DNA of 64,000 nucleotides, from contig JAZDHJ010000059.1 of NCBI GenBank assembly GCA_043805995.1, forward strand, positions 71 through 64,070. Reading direction: 5' to 3'. Positions 1 to 8,769 of this stretch are shown here, one piece after another. The position numbers and the translations under genes are program-made. The notes below the pieces were generated by a model. That model did no database searches and was not told the origin of the DNA. It was given only the letters and a program-made list of their open reading frames with translations. The DNA comes from Candidatus Uhrbacteria bacterium. Lineage in GTDB: Bacteria; Patescibacteriota; Patescibacteriia; UBA9934; GWF2-40-263. The number at the start of each line of letters is the position of its first letter. The stretch's first letter is position 1.

Positions 1-67
1 CAATCTTGAACCGTTCTTTTTTGTCTCAATGGAACCGCAAGACGGACATTTTCTATTTTTTAAACAT
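1..67 (-). mobile_element. 5' end of a probable Zn-ribbon transposase-like gene running off the window edge
   Basis: Minus strand reads ...NRKCPSCGSIETKKNGSRL, a CxxC...KNG motif typical of IS1/IS256-variant N-termini. The nearest ATG (67-65) reads ATG TTT AAA AAA TAG, one base out of frame across an A6 run. A TGnTATACT -10 lies upstream at ~109-117. Confidence 0.4.
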
Positions 68-251
68 ACACACTTTTTTATTCACAGGTTATTAAACCTT
101 TTTTATAGAGTATAACACGCGAATTAAGGCTTAACAAAGCGGTGAAATGGTGTTTTTAGCAACCGATATGTCGTACGCTGTCCGGATTTTAGTCTGGACA
201 AAAAGGGGTTTTTGTGATAGATTTTTATTACTTCCTAATTTTCATTCTAGA

Positions 252-494
252 CTAAATTAATCGTTTTCTCGAAAAAGCGTAACCAGAATTACCTTTCAAA
301 TAAGCTTCAAATTCCTGAGCTTTTTTCTTTGAAGAAAAAGCAGCATACCAGACAATTTTCCAAGGCCTGAATTTTTTAGTGTACAAAGATTTTCCGTCGT
401 TGTGTTCTTTTAATCGTTCCGATGGATCTATTTCAGTAAAACCGTAATAATAACGTTTATCTAATTCGCTTTGTAAGACGTAAACAAACCACAT
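252..494 (-). CDS. Stand-alone GIY-YIG nuclease family protein (80 aa)
   Basis: MWFVYVLQS...YYGFTE...RLKEHN.G...TKKFRPW...A..FE.YLK motifs. ATG at 494 preferred over the longer ORF, which starts inside a repeat. Confidence 0.9.
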   Translation of the reverse strand: MWFVYVLQSELDKRYYYGFTEIDPSERLKEHNDGKSLYTKKFRPWKIVWYAAFSSKKKAQEFEAYLKGNSGYAFSRKRLI

Positions 495-504
495 AATTTT
501 GCGG

Positions 505-578
505 CCCACTTCGCTCGCGACGAGCTACGTTGGGGCCATCCCTACCGTAGCCTCGTCCAACGAGGCGAAGGGGGATGG
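505..578 (-). repeat. Two family-A-type hairpin elements between the tRNA-Asp CCA end and the GIY-YIG gene
   Basis: CCATCCC-CTTCGCCTCG..CGAGGCTACG-GTAGGGATGG followed by an inverted CGTAGCTCGTCGCGAGCGAAG unit. Confidence 0.8.
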
Positions 579-653
579 CGGACTGGAAGGGATTTGAACC
601 CTTGATCTTCTCCGTGACAGGGAGACGTGTTAACCGGGCTACACCACCAATCC
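576..653 (-). tRNA. tRNA-Asp(GTC)
   Basis: GGATTGG/CCAGTCC acceptor stem, TCTCC-CTGTCAC-GGAGA anticodon arm, GGTTCAAATCC T-arm, encoded CCA. Confidence 0.97.
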
Positions 654-739
654 GCGTTTGTTCCGACGGCAATTATATTAACAAAAGGGACGAATTTAGG
701 CAAGAGTGAATATCCCCAACGATTGCTTGGGAGAGGTGA

Positions 740-840
740 ACCCTTCGACCTGGCTCAGGGTCTTCGAGGGGTTGAACCACCCTTCCTCCTTCGCTCGGGC
801 TTCGGAAGGACAGGTCGCTCGTGGCGAGCTACGGAGTGGC
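740..840 (+). repeat. Palindromic repeat cluster; a 31-bp family-A element (784-814) nested in another hairpin element
   Basis: Removing 784-814 restores CCACCCTTCGCTCGTGGCGAGCTACGG, matching the uninterrupted form at 53843-53875. Confidence 0.8.
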
Positions 841-885
841 GTGGCGGGGGATTTTTTGGTTGGATTAAATTGGTGGTTTTTGTTT

Positions 886-3800
886 TTATATGGAAGCAAG
901 TCGTTGATTAACTTGTTCCAGTTGTTGGTCTAACTCAACGATTTGTTCTGAAAGTCTTTCTTTTTTATTTGTTTTTACTGTTTTTAGTAATTTTGCTGTC
1001 AATCTTCCTTTCTGGCTTTCTAATGAAATAGCTTTTTTTCGCAACTCGTCAGCATCCATATCTTCCAATCTTTTTTCTCCTGTTATCTCATCAAATCTAG
1101 CTGGCCCGGCTGGCGATACGATCGCTGGATTTACTGGAGGTGCTTCGGTTTCGGTTGGGGCCTCGACTGGTGAGGCGGCTTCGACTGGAGCCGTTTCAGA
1201 CGACGGGGTATCAGAAACCTCGGCGGCTGATGAAGTGGCTCCTTCAGCCTCTATCAACACCAACAAATCCTGTGCTGCTTGAATTTCAGCTCGAACTTTC
1301 ATCAGACGTTGTGGATTTGTGTTACTTTCAACCAATCTTTCTTCTTCACTGCTTAATCTTGCAACTTTTTCTTCTAATTTTTCAGACGGAAAATCTTTCA
1401 TTTTTTCGGTTAGTGTCCGAACAAAATCTTGATATCTTCTGTCTAATTCTTGTTGGATTGAAGCACTTTCTTCACTAGGCTCCATACCAGGCTCTTCGGC
1501 TTCTTTGGCTCTTAACGTTTCAAGTCGAGAAGACAACTCGTTGATTGAAGAATTTAAATCAATCGGCGTTTCAACGACCGGTGGTTTTTCAGCTTCATCT
1601 GGTTGGGCTTCGGTGGGAATCTCGGTCGTCGTTGAAGCGACAGGGACAGCTTCGACCGGCTGTTGGGCTAATAAAATATTCACGGCACCCAATTCACCAT
1701 CACAGCTGGTTAAAGCTAGCTTTATTTCACCAATCGGCCTGCCTGCTTCTCTGGCCAATCTTAATTCGTTTTTCAACCGGCTAAATTCTTTTCTTAAAGC
1801 GGCGGCTCTATTTTCCAAACTAGAAACTGGCTCGCCTTCATAATCTTTCATGAAACTCTCAATCAAGTCATTAAACTTTTCCTCTAAAACCTGATCAAGA
1901 ACTTTTCGTCTTTTTTCTAACTCTTTGTTATCCAGATCTCCTTTCAAAGCCGCGTCCAACTCAAAAGAAAGTCTTTGCAAAGTCGAACCTCTTTCTTTTC
2001 TGTATTCTGCCAAGATTGCCGCCTCGTCTATGGCGACTTCTGGTGCTGCAGGTGCGGTTTCGGCCGATCTTTTTTGATCAAGTAAGGTTTTAATCGCGGT
2101 TATTTCTACATCATGTTCAGCTAAAAGACCTTTTATTATTCCAGCAGTTATTTCGTTGCCTGCCGCCAGAGCTTTTAATAAACCTTGTTCTACTCTACCT
2201 TTCGCTTCAGTCAACTCCTCCAAACGTCTTTTCAAATCTGAAAGCGAATCGTCTTTATGTTCAGTTAAAAATTTTTGAACCGCCTCAAGTTTTTCTTTTA
2301 AAACCTGATCAAGAACTTTTTTTCTTAATATTAATTCAGCGTCGTCTGGATGTTCTTCTAAAGACGCTCCCAAAATAGGAGAAATATTTTGCAAACTCAA
2401 AATACTATTTTTTTTATATTCTGCAAGTATTGCCACCTCATCTGTGGCAGTCTCAGCAGCTCCGGTTTCGGCTTCAGACCCCGAAGCAGGTTCAGTCGAC
2501 GAACCAACGGGTGACTCTGCTTCTGGAATGTTCAGCAAATTTTCAATTGCCTGTTCTTCGGCACCGCATTCACTCAAATCCAACATTATTTGAGCCTCGG
2601 TTTCCCTGGCTGCGATTCGAGGTTCTGTTTTACGAGAATTTTGCAAAGCCGACTTCAGTTCAAGTCGTCTTTTTCCTAATTCGTCACGTCTTGATTCCAA
2701 ATCAGAAACCAATTTGCCCCTGTGTTTTTCTGTAAAAATTTCAACCGACGCCTTTATTTTTTCCTCCTTAATCGCTTTGATGATAGCTAACCTTAATTTT
2801 AATTCTGGATTTTCTTCATCTTTTTCCCGATCTAAAACCAAATCAAAATCAACCTTTCTTAAATCTAAATCGCTGAGTTTACTGTATTCGTCTCTCATTC
2901 GTTCTTTTTCATCCCTGGCTGTTTCGACCAACCCGGCCGGTTCGGCCGGCACGGTTGAGTCGGCTGGTTTTTCTGGTGGAGATGAGGCTGCAGGGGTTTC
3001 GACAATTGGTGGAGCAGTAACCGGCGTTTCAACAGACGACGAGGCGTCTCTGATAAACAAATAAAGTGCTTCCAGGTCTTTTCCAAGGTATGAAGCGGCC
3101 CGAGCTTTTGCAACACCGGATTTATAATCTCTCAAAGATCCCTCTATGGAAATAATTACATCTTCAAAATCGTAAAGATCTCGAATTTGTGGTGGTACCC
3201 TTAAAGCGAGGATATCTCCTTTAATGCGAAACCTAACAACATCATGTACCTCGGGGTCAGAAATAATTGATGAAGATTCTGCCAATGGACCCACCCTACC
3301 CCTGCGTTCTTCAAGCGCTGTTTTAAATTTAATCCATAGTGGTTCAGATTGTGTCAGTTTTTCAAAAACCGCCCTTCCTTCTTTTATTAACTTAGCAATT
3401 TCTTCCGTTTCACGCTCATTTAATTCAAAATTTATACCGTACAAGGAATTCGGATATTTGCCCTCATGTTTTGCAAAACATCTTTTTTGTATGCTCTTCA
3501 AAAGATCTAAATCCAATAAACTCTCAACTCCAGCGGCTTCCGGCGATCCAACAACTTTTTCTGGTCCATCTCCTTTACTTGAACTGATATCACCAACCGG
3601 TTTAGATGCTTCAGCGCCGGCCACGACAGGCTTTACCACCTCAGCTGCCAAACTTCGATATTCTCTAATATTCAGATATTCCCCGCCTGCCCAAGTAAGA
3701 CCAAAAAACGAACCGCTTGGTTCTGGTTTAAAAACAAGTTTTTCTGCTTTACCTTTTTCTACCAGTTTCCCGCCTTCGATGCCGGTCAATTTATATTTAC

Positions 3801-5571
3801 CATCCGCTGTTTTTTCCACAATCAAAGAATTGCCATCGGACTGCGTGCCGAATTCTAAACGACCGAGAGCCGGTAGTTCTTGAAGAGCTTTTTCAACCGC
3901 TGTCGAAACATTCTCGACTCGCCGACCACCTTTTTCCAAAAGACCAGACCATCTACCGGGAATCATTTTTTCTGGAACAGGCGGAGTGGTTTCCACAGTA
4001 GCTGTAACAACAGAAGGTTTAACCAATTCTTCGCGAGTCGGAGCAGGTGGAACAACCTCAACAACTGGGGCAACTGGTGCTACTCGAACCGTTTCAACTG
4101 GCCGAACAGCTGAAGTTGTACCTGGAACAACCGAAGATCTTCTGGTAAGCCCGGCCTTTGCCACGGTCTTATAATTCGTAAAAACACCTTCCACGTTTAC
4201 CCCTGATGAAATACCGCGTCCAGAAAGTTCTACTCCGGCCAGCGAGCCGATTGCCCCGCCATCACTACTGCCAACGACTGAGACAAACTCAATGTAAGAA
4301 TTTTTAATTTTTGCTCGTTCCTTTGGAGTGGCCGTAGTCATGGCTTCAACAAATTTGGTAAAGGTTTTTATTTCATTACCTTTTCCGTCAACAATAAGCA
4401 TTGGTGGTCTTAAACCAGGTTCAATTCTGTTCCAATTTTCAATAACATATTGAAAAACATTTTTATATTCATTAAAATTTTTGGCAACCAGCCGTTCAGA
4501 CTCTTCTTTATCCTTCCTAATATATTCAGTTTTTGGTAAACCAAAAGCCTTGAGAAAAGTCAACATTGTTTCGGCAGTAAATTTTTCTGCAACTTCGGTT
4601 TTAGTCTCTGACACGGGTGTTATATCAGAACCGGCCGCAACAATCGGTTCAGCTGTTTCAGCCACATTTGCAACAACTACGGCTACCGGTTCTTCTGTTT
4701 CAGTTCCCGCCTTACGACCAATGACCTCAACAACTATTTTTTTTAATTTTCTATAACTCAGCACTCGTTTATAAATATTCTCTGCCTTATCAAAAGCGTC
4801 TTTATAACCCGGCTTTGTGGCTTTGATCTTGGCAAGATCTTCATAAGCCTTAACACGTTCTTTCTCTAATTTTTCCAAAATTTTATCGTAATTGGCCGCA
4901 ATCTTTTTAAGTTCCGCCAATTTTATATCTTCAAAACCAGTATTGGTTCTTTCAACCAACGGAATTTCTGGCAATGGACCGGATGTCTCTGTTGATGACA
5001 TATCAGGATTTTTTAAAATTGGTGGAACGACTTCAGGAACAACAGCTGGTTTAGGCGCTTCAGCTGTCGCTTTTTTTGCCGTTTCATTTAATTCACCCAA
5101 TCTTTCAGCGTAATCCGCTTTTCTTTCCTCTCGTTCTCTTGTTTCTCTTTCAGTATTTCGCAAAGCTTTTAATTTTTGTTTGGTGCGGTTACGAACCGCG
5201 GTTAATCGATTTCCTAAAGTTCCTATTTCGACCCCTAGAGGGGCCAAAATCTCCGCACGCTCTTCTTTAAGACCTATGCGATTGAGGACCTCTATAACCA
5301 TGGTTGGAGAAGCGATAAATTTTTTTTGCATTTCTTCAGACATCACATCCGTAAGAGCGCTTATATCTTCAATAATTTGCAAAGCCGCTTCATCACGAGC
5401 GTCAGGACGATCCTCTCTTTCGTATTGATCCACCAAACTTTTAAATTTTTTTTCGATAGCCGAAGAAGAATCAATCTTTGATGATTCTTGTGGCGCCTCG
5501 ACCGCGGCTGGTGTTGTCTCGACCGCTGGGGGTGCTTCATTTTCTATTGGAGCAATTGGTGTGTCTGCCAT
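886..5571 (-). CDS. Large (1561 aa) acidic helical/coiled-coil protein with P/E/A/T-rich linkers and 3-4 internal ~120-aa repeats; function unknown
   Basis: Long ORF. ATG at 5571 (MADTPIAP) avoids overlap with the upstream gene. Repeats AILAEY...KVLDQVL.EK; no TM or signal segment seen. Confidence 0.85.
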   Translation of the reverse strand: MADTPIAPIENEAPPAVETTPAAVEAPQESSKIDSSSAIEKKFKSLVDQYEREDRPDARDEAALQIIEDISALTDVMSEEMQKKFIASPTMVIEVLNRIGLKEERAEILAPLGVEIGTLGNRLTAVRNRTKQKLKALRNTERETREREERKADYAERLGELNETAKKATAEAPKPAVVPEVVPPILKNPDMSSTETSGPLPEIPLVERTNTGFEDIKLAELKKIAANYDKILEKLEKERVKAYEDLAKIKATKPGYKDAFDKAENIYKRVLSYRKLKKIVVEVIGRKAGTETEEPVAVVVANVAETAEPIVAAGSDITPVSETKTEVAEKFTAETMLTFLKAFGLPKTEYIRKDKEESERLVAKNFNEYKNVFQYVIENWNRIEPGLRPPMLIVDGKGNEIKTFTKFVEAMTTATPKERAKIKNSYIEFVSVVGSSDGGAIGSLAGVELSGRGISSGVNVEGVFTNYKTVAKAGLTRRSSVVPGTTSAVRPVETVRVAPVAPVVEVVPPAPTREELVKPSVVTATVETTPPVPEKMIPGRWSGLLEKGGRRVENVSTAVEKALQELPALGRLEFGTQSDGNSLIVEKTADGKYKLTGIEGGKLVEKGKAEKLVFKPEPSGSFFGLTWAGGEYLNIREYRSLAAEVVKPVVAGAEASKPVGDISSSKGDGPEKVVGSPEAAGVESLLDLDLLKSIQKRCFAKHEGKYPNSLYGINFELNERETEEIAKLIKEGRAVFEKLTQSEPLWIKFKTALEERRGRVGPLAESSSIISDPEVHDVVRFRIKGDILALRVPPQIRDLYDFEDVIISIEGSLRDYKSGVAKARAASYLGKDLEALYLFIRDASSSVETPVTAPPIVETPAASSPPEKPADSTVPAEPAGLVETARDEKERMRDEYSKLSDLDLRKVDFDLVLDREKDEENPELKLRLAIIKAIKEEKIKASVEIFTEKHRGKLVSDLESRRDELGKRRLELKSALQNSRKTEPRIAARETEAQIMLDLSECGAEEQAIENLLNIPEAESPVGSSTEPASGSEAETGAAETATDEVAILAEYKKNSILSLQNISPILGASLEEHPDDAELILRKKVLDQVLKEKLEAVQKFLTEHKDDSLSDLKRRLEELTEAKGRVEQGLLKALAAGNEITAGIIKGLLAEHDVEITAIKTLLDQKRSAETAPAAPEVAIDEAAILAEYRKERGSTLQRLSFELDAALKGDLDNKELEKRRKVLDQVLEEKFNDLIESFMKDYEGEPVSSLENRAAALRKEFSRLKNELRLAREAGRPIGEIKLALTSCDGELGAVNILLAQQPVEAVPVASTTTEIPTEAQPDEAEKPPVVETPIDLNSSINELSSRLETLRAKEAEEPGMEPSEESASIQQELDRRYQDFVRTLTEKMKDFPSEKLEEKVARLSSEEERLVESNTNPQRLMKVRAEIQAAQDLLVLIEAEGATSSAAEVSDTPSSETAPVEAASPVEAPTETEAPPVNPAIVSPAGPARFDEITGEKRLEDMDADELRKKAISLESQKGRLTAKLLKTVKTNKKERLSEQIVELDQQLEQVNQRLASI

Positions 5572-5581
5572 ACAAAAAAAA

Positions 5582-5782
5582 TTAATTTGTTTTAGAAGTA
5601 AAAATTTTTGAAATAAAACCACGAATCCGATCGGCGGCTTTCGCTTCACCGGCTTTAATGGTTTTTTTGACCAAATCGTCGTGTTCGTTTTTAATCGCCG
5701 CCACTGACTGTTCAAACTCTTGAGTGATTTGAACGGCCGCTTTTATGCGATCGTCGGCAGTTTGTGAGGTGGGGTCGGCCAT
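5582..5782 (-). CDS. Small helical hypothetical protein (66 aa)
   Basis: ATG start 9 nt after a TGCTATAAT -10 element; stop 10 nt before the next start. Confidence 0.65.
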   Translation of the reverse strand: MADPTSQTADDRIKAAVQITQEFEQSVAAIKNEHDDLVKKTIKAGEAKAADRIRGFISKIFTSKTN

Positions 5783-5791
5783 ATGTTGGTG

Positions 5792-5800
5792 ATTATAGCA
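5792..5800 (-). promoter_or_regulatory. Extended -10 promoter element
   Basis: TGCTATAAT on the minus strand. Confidence 0.6.
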
Positions 5801-5838
5801 CGGATTGGGGTGGAGTTGGGAGGCGACATGGGCTTCAG

Positions 5839-6045
5839 GCCTCGCCCGTAGGCTATGGCCGAGGGGGCTTGATGGGCTTGGCTGGAGAGGCCAGAAGAGG
5901 CTTAAAAGGCTTGAGAGGCTTTGTGGGGGATGGTTTTAGGGACTAAGGTTGGAACTGGGAAACGTTTCTAAATCAAAGCCACGCGGCCCTCCTTCGCTAG
6001 GGCTACGGAAGGGTGAACGAGATCCTTCTCTGGCTCAGGATGACA
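5839..6045 (+). repeat. Intergenic repeat cluster: family C (CCTCGCCC..GCTATGGCCGAGG), family A (5987-6017) and a GAGATCCTTC..CAGGATGACA unit
   Basis: Each unit recurs elsewhere in the window. Confidence 0.75.
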
Positions 6046-6054
6046 AATATTGTA

Positions 6055-8442
6055 TTATTTTTTTCGTCTCAATTTTGCTAAAGCGAGACGAGTTGGTAAA
6101 ACTGAGTCTGGGTTTAGGGACAAACTGTCGATACCGGCTTTCATTAACATGACGGCGAAGGCGGGATAATCTGATGGGGCCTGGCCGCAAATACCGACTT
6201 TGATTTTGTGCCCGCGAGCGACTTTGATGACTTTTTTAATAAGTTCGACCACCGCCGGATTCCGTTCATCGGCCACGGCGTGCAAACGCGGAGAATCACG
6301 ATCAAGGCCGAGGGTGAGTTGGGTTAAGTCGTTTGAACCGATACTGAAACCGTCAAAAATTTCGGCGAACTCGTCAGCTAAAATTATGTTCGAAGGAATC
6401 TCGACCATAACAAAAACTCTCAGCTTGTTTTTTCCACGCACCAGACCAGCTTTTTTCATAACTGCAAGCACCTTCTGCCCTTCCTCAACCGTTCGACAAA
6501 ATGGCACCATGGGGACAACATTATTCAAACCCATTTCATCGCGCACCCGACGAATAGCTTCGCACTCCAAAAGAAAAGCTGGCTCAAAATCCGGATCATA
6601 ATACCGCGAAGCACCGCGCCAACCGATCATGGGATTTTCTTCTTTTGGTTCAAACTCGGCACCGCCTAAAAGCGAAGCATACTCATTAGTTTTAAAATCA
6701 GAAAAACGAACGATAACATCATTCGGATAAAAAGCCGCGGCAATTTTGGCGATACCACTGGCTAATTTCTCGATGTAAAAATCTGTCGGTTTTTTATAAC
6801 CGACTGTCAACTTAGCAATCTTGGCCACCAAACTTCGGTCTTTAAGTTTTGGATATCTGACAAGCGCCATTGGGTGAGCCTTAACCATGTTGGCAATAAT
6901 AAATTCCTCGCGAGCCAAACCAACACCATCGTTTGGAATACGACACAACTCAAAAGCCGTATCGGGCTGACCGACGTTCATCATGATTTTGATCGGCAAC
7001 TTTGGCACTTTAGAAATATTCGTTCGTTTGATTTTGAACAATAACTCGCCCTCATAAACTCGGCCATCCTCACCCTCGGCACAAGAAACCGTAATTTTTG
7101 AATTATCTTTAATCATCTGAGTTCCCTTGCCTGTACCAACCACACAAGGCACGCCAAGTTCGCGGCTAACGATGGCTGCATGCGAAGTTCGACCACCGCC
7201 ATCGGTCACAATGGCCGCGGCTTTTTTCATAATCGGTTCCCAAGCCGGATCAGTCATTCTGGCCACCAAAACATCGCCGGTCTGAAAAGCGTCAATCTGT
7301 TTTGGACTCTTAACCAACCTGGCTCGACCAGAACCGATTTTTGAACCGACAGCGATGCCTTTAATAATAATTTTTCCTGGCTGAGTTAAACGATACTCCT
7401 CGATGACCTCGGTATTTTTTTGCGCCTGAACTGTCTCGGGCCGAGCTTGAACAATAAAAAGTCGACCGGTTGGACCGTCCTTGGCCCATTCAATATCCAT
7501 CGGCTTAGCAAAAGCCTTTTCAATCTCGACTGCCCACTTGGCCAATTGCAAAACCTCATCGTCACTAAGAGAAAACTTGCCGCGTTCCTTAGCCTCAGTC
7601 GCTACAATCCGGCTACCGCCATCTTTCTTCATCACATACTTCAAAAGCTTACTGCCAAGTTTCCGTTCCAAAATTGGTCGATGTTTTTCCAAAGTATTTT
7701 TAAAAACCGAAAAATGATCAGGCACAGCTTTGCCTTGAACAATCGCCTCACCATAACCCCAAGAAGCATCGATATTAACTATTCGTTCAAAACCCGACTC
7801 GGTATCAATGGTAAACATGACACCAGAAGCGGCGCGATCGGAACGAATTAAAAATTGCACGCCGACCGACATGGAAACCAAACGGTGTTTAAATTTATTA
7901 TTGACCCGATAAGAAATGGCCCGATCAGTAAAAAGCGAAGCAAAACATTTTTTAACTGCTTCGACGACTTCATTTTTCCCGGAAATATTTAAATACGAAT
8001 CGTGCTGGCCAGCAAAAGAAGCGCCGGGCAAATCCTCGGCCGTGGCTGAGGAGCGCACAGCTACCGTGATGGCTTTTGAACCGAGCTCAGCCGATAATTT
8101 TTCGTAAGACTTGATGATCATCTTCGTTAATTCATCCGGCATCGGTGTCGACATTATCAACTCACGAATCTTTTTTCCCTCACGAGCCAAAACCTCGGTA
8201 TTCTGAACATCAATCGACTCGACCATTTGCCAAACTTGTTTGGCAATTTTCCCCTCAGTTAAAAAAAACCGAAAAGCTTCGGCTGTAACCGCAAAACCCG
8301 GCGGTACTGGGAAACTAATTTTGTTTTTTTTGCTCGATCGCAGACCAAGACGAGTCATTTCACCGAGAGCTGCATTTTTACCACCAACCAAACCAACATC
8401 AGTAATTTTAATTTGTTTGAACCACAGAATGAAGTTGGACAT
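6055..8442 (-). CDS. ppsA: Phosphoenolpyruvate synthase
   Basis: VGGKNA, VAVRSSATAED, GGRTSHAAIVSRE phospho-His motif, FSIGSNDLTQ, ICGQAPSD. Confidence 0.97.
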   Translation of the reverse strand: MSNFILWFKQIKITDVGLVGGKNAALGEMTRLGLRSSKKNKISFPVPPGFAVTAEAFRFFLTEGKIAKQVWQMVESIDVQNTEVLAREGKKIRELIMSTPMPDELTKMIIKSYEKLSAELGSKAITVAVRSSATAEDLPGASFAGQHDSYLNISGKNEVVEAVKKCFASLFTDRAISYRVNNKFKHRLVSMSVGVQFLIRSDRAASGVMFTIDTESGFERIVNIDASWGYGEAIVQGKAVPDHFSVFKNTLEKHRPILERKLGSKLLKYVMKKDGGSRIVATEAKERGKFSLSDDEVLQLAKWAVEIEKAFAKPMDIEWAKDGPTGRLFIVQARPETVQAQKNTEVIEEYRLTQPGKIIIKGIAVGSKIGSGRARLVKSPKQIDAFQTGDVLVARMTDPAWEPIMKKAAAIVTDGGGRTSHAAIVSRELGVPCVVGTGKGTQMIKDNSKITVSCAEGEDGRVYEGELLFKIKRTNISKVPKLPIKIMMNVGQPDTAFELCRIPNDGVGLAREEFIIANMVKAHPMALVRYPKLKDRSLVAKIAKLTVGYKKPTDFYIEKLASGIAKIAAAFYPNDVIVRFSDFKTNEYASLLGGAEFEPKEENPMIGWRGASRYYDPDFEPAFLLECEAIRRVRDEMGLNNVVPMVPFCRTVEEGQKVLAVMKKAGLVRGKNKLRVFVMVEIPSNIILADEFAEIFDGFSIGSNDLTQLTLGLDRDSPRLHAVADERNPAVVELIKKVIKVARGHKIKVGICGQAPSDYPAFAVMLMKAGIDSLSLNPDSVLPTRLALAKLRRKK

Positions 8443-8520
8443 ATGGTGGAAATTATTGAATTTTCAAATTATTTAATTATTGAATTATGGAAAATTATCT
8501 TTTACATTTTTAAAATTAAC

Positions 8521-8640
8521 CCTTTCTCCTTCTCTCGAGCTTCCTCCTTCGCTCGTGACGAGCTACGGAAGGACGCGGTCGGAAGGACAAACCGCTCGCG
8601 TCGAGTGGCAAACGAGATCCTTCTTTGGCTCAGGATGACA
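8521..8640 (+). repeat. Nested family-A elements (37-bp copy at 8542-8578 inside another copy) plus a GAGATCCTTC..CAGGATGACA unit
   Basis: Removing 8542-8578 restores TCTCCTTCTCTCGAGCTTCGGAAGGACAAA. Confidence 0.8.
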
Positions 8641-8769
8641 GGTGAATTGGAATGTCAAATGACAAATGATGGAATTTATTATTCTAAAAATTCAACCTCC
8701 ATACTTAGACACCCCTAACAATCGAGCTTCCTTAATTCAATAATTCAGAAATTAAATAATTCAATAATT

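Noticed and set aside
457-933. Short ORFs over tRNA-Asp and the repeat cluster
   Set aside because: They overlap a tRNA and palindromes; translations such as ARASEGQV are repeat-derived and recur at other repeat sites.
1140-5428. Plus-strand ORFs opposite the large protein (and similar antisense ORFs throughout the window)
   Set aside because: Shadow frames of well-supported genes with no motifs of their own.
5572-5715. N-terminal extension of the 1609-aa ORF
   Set aside because: It overlaps the 66-aa gene, and an ATG 10 nt after that gene's stop is a better start.
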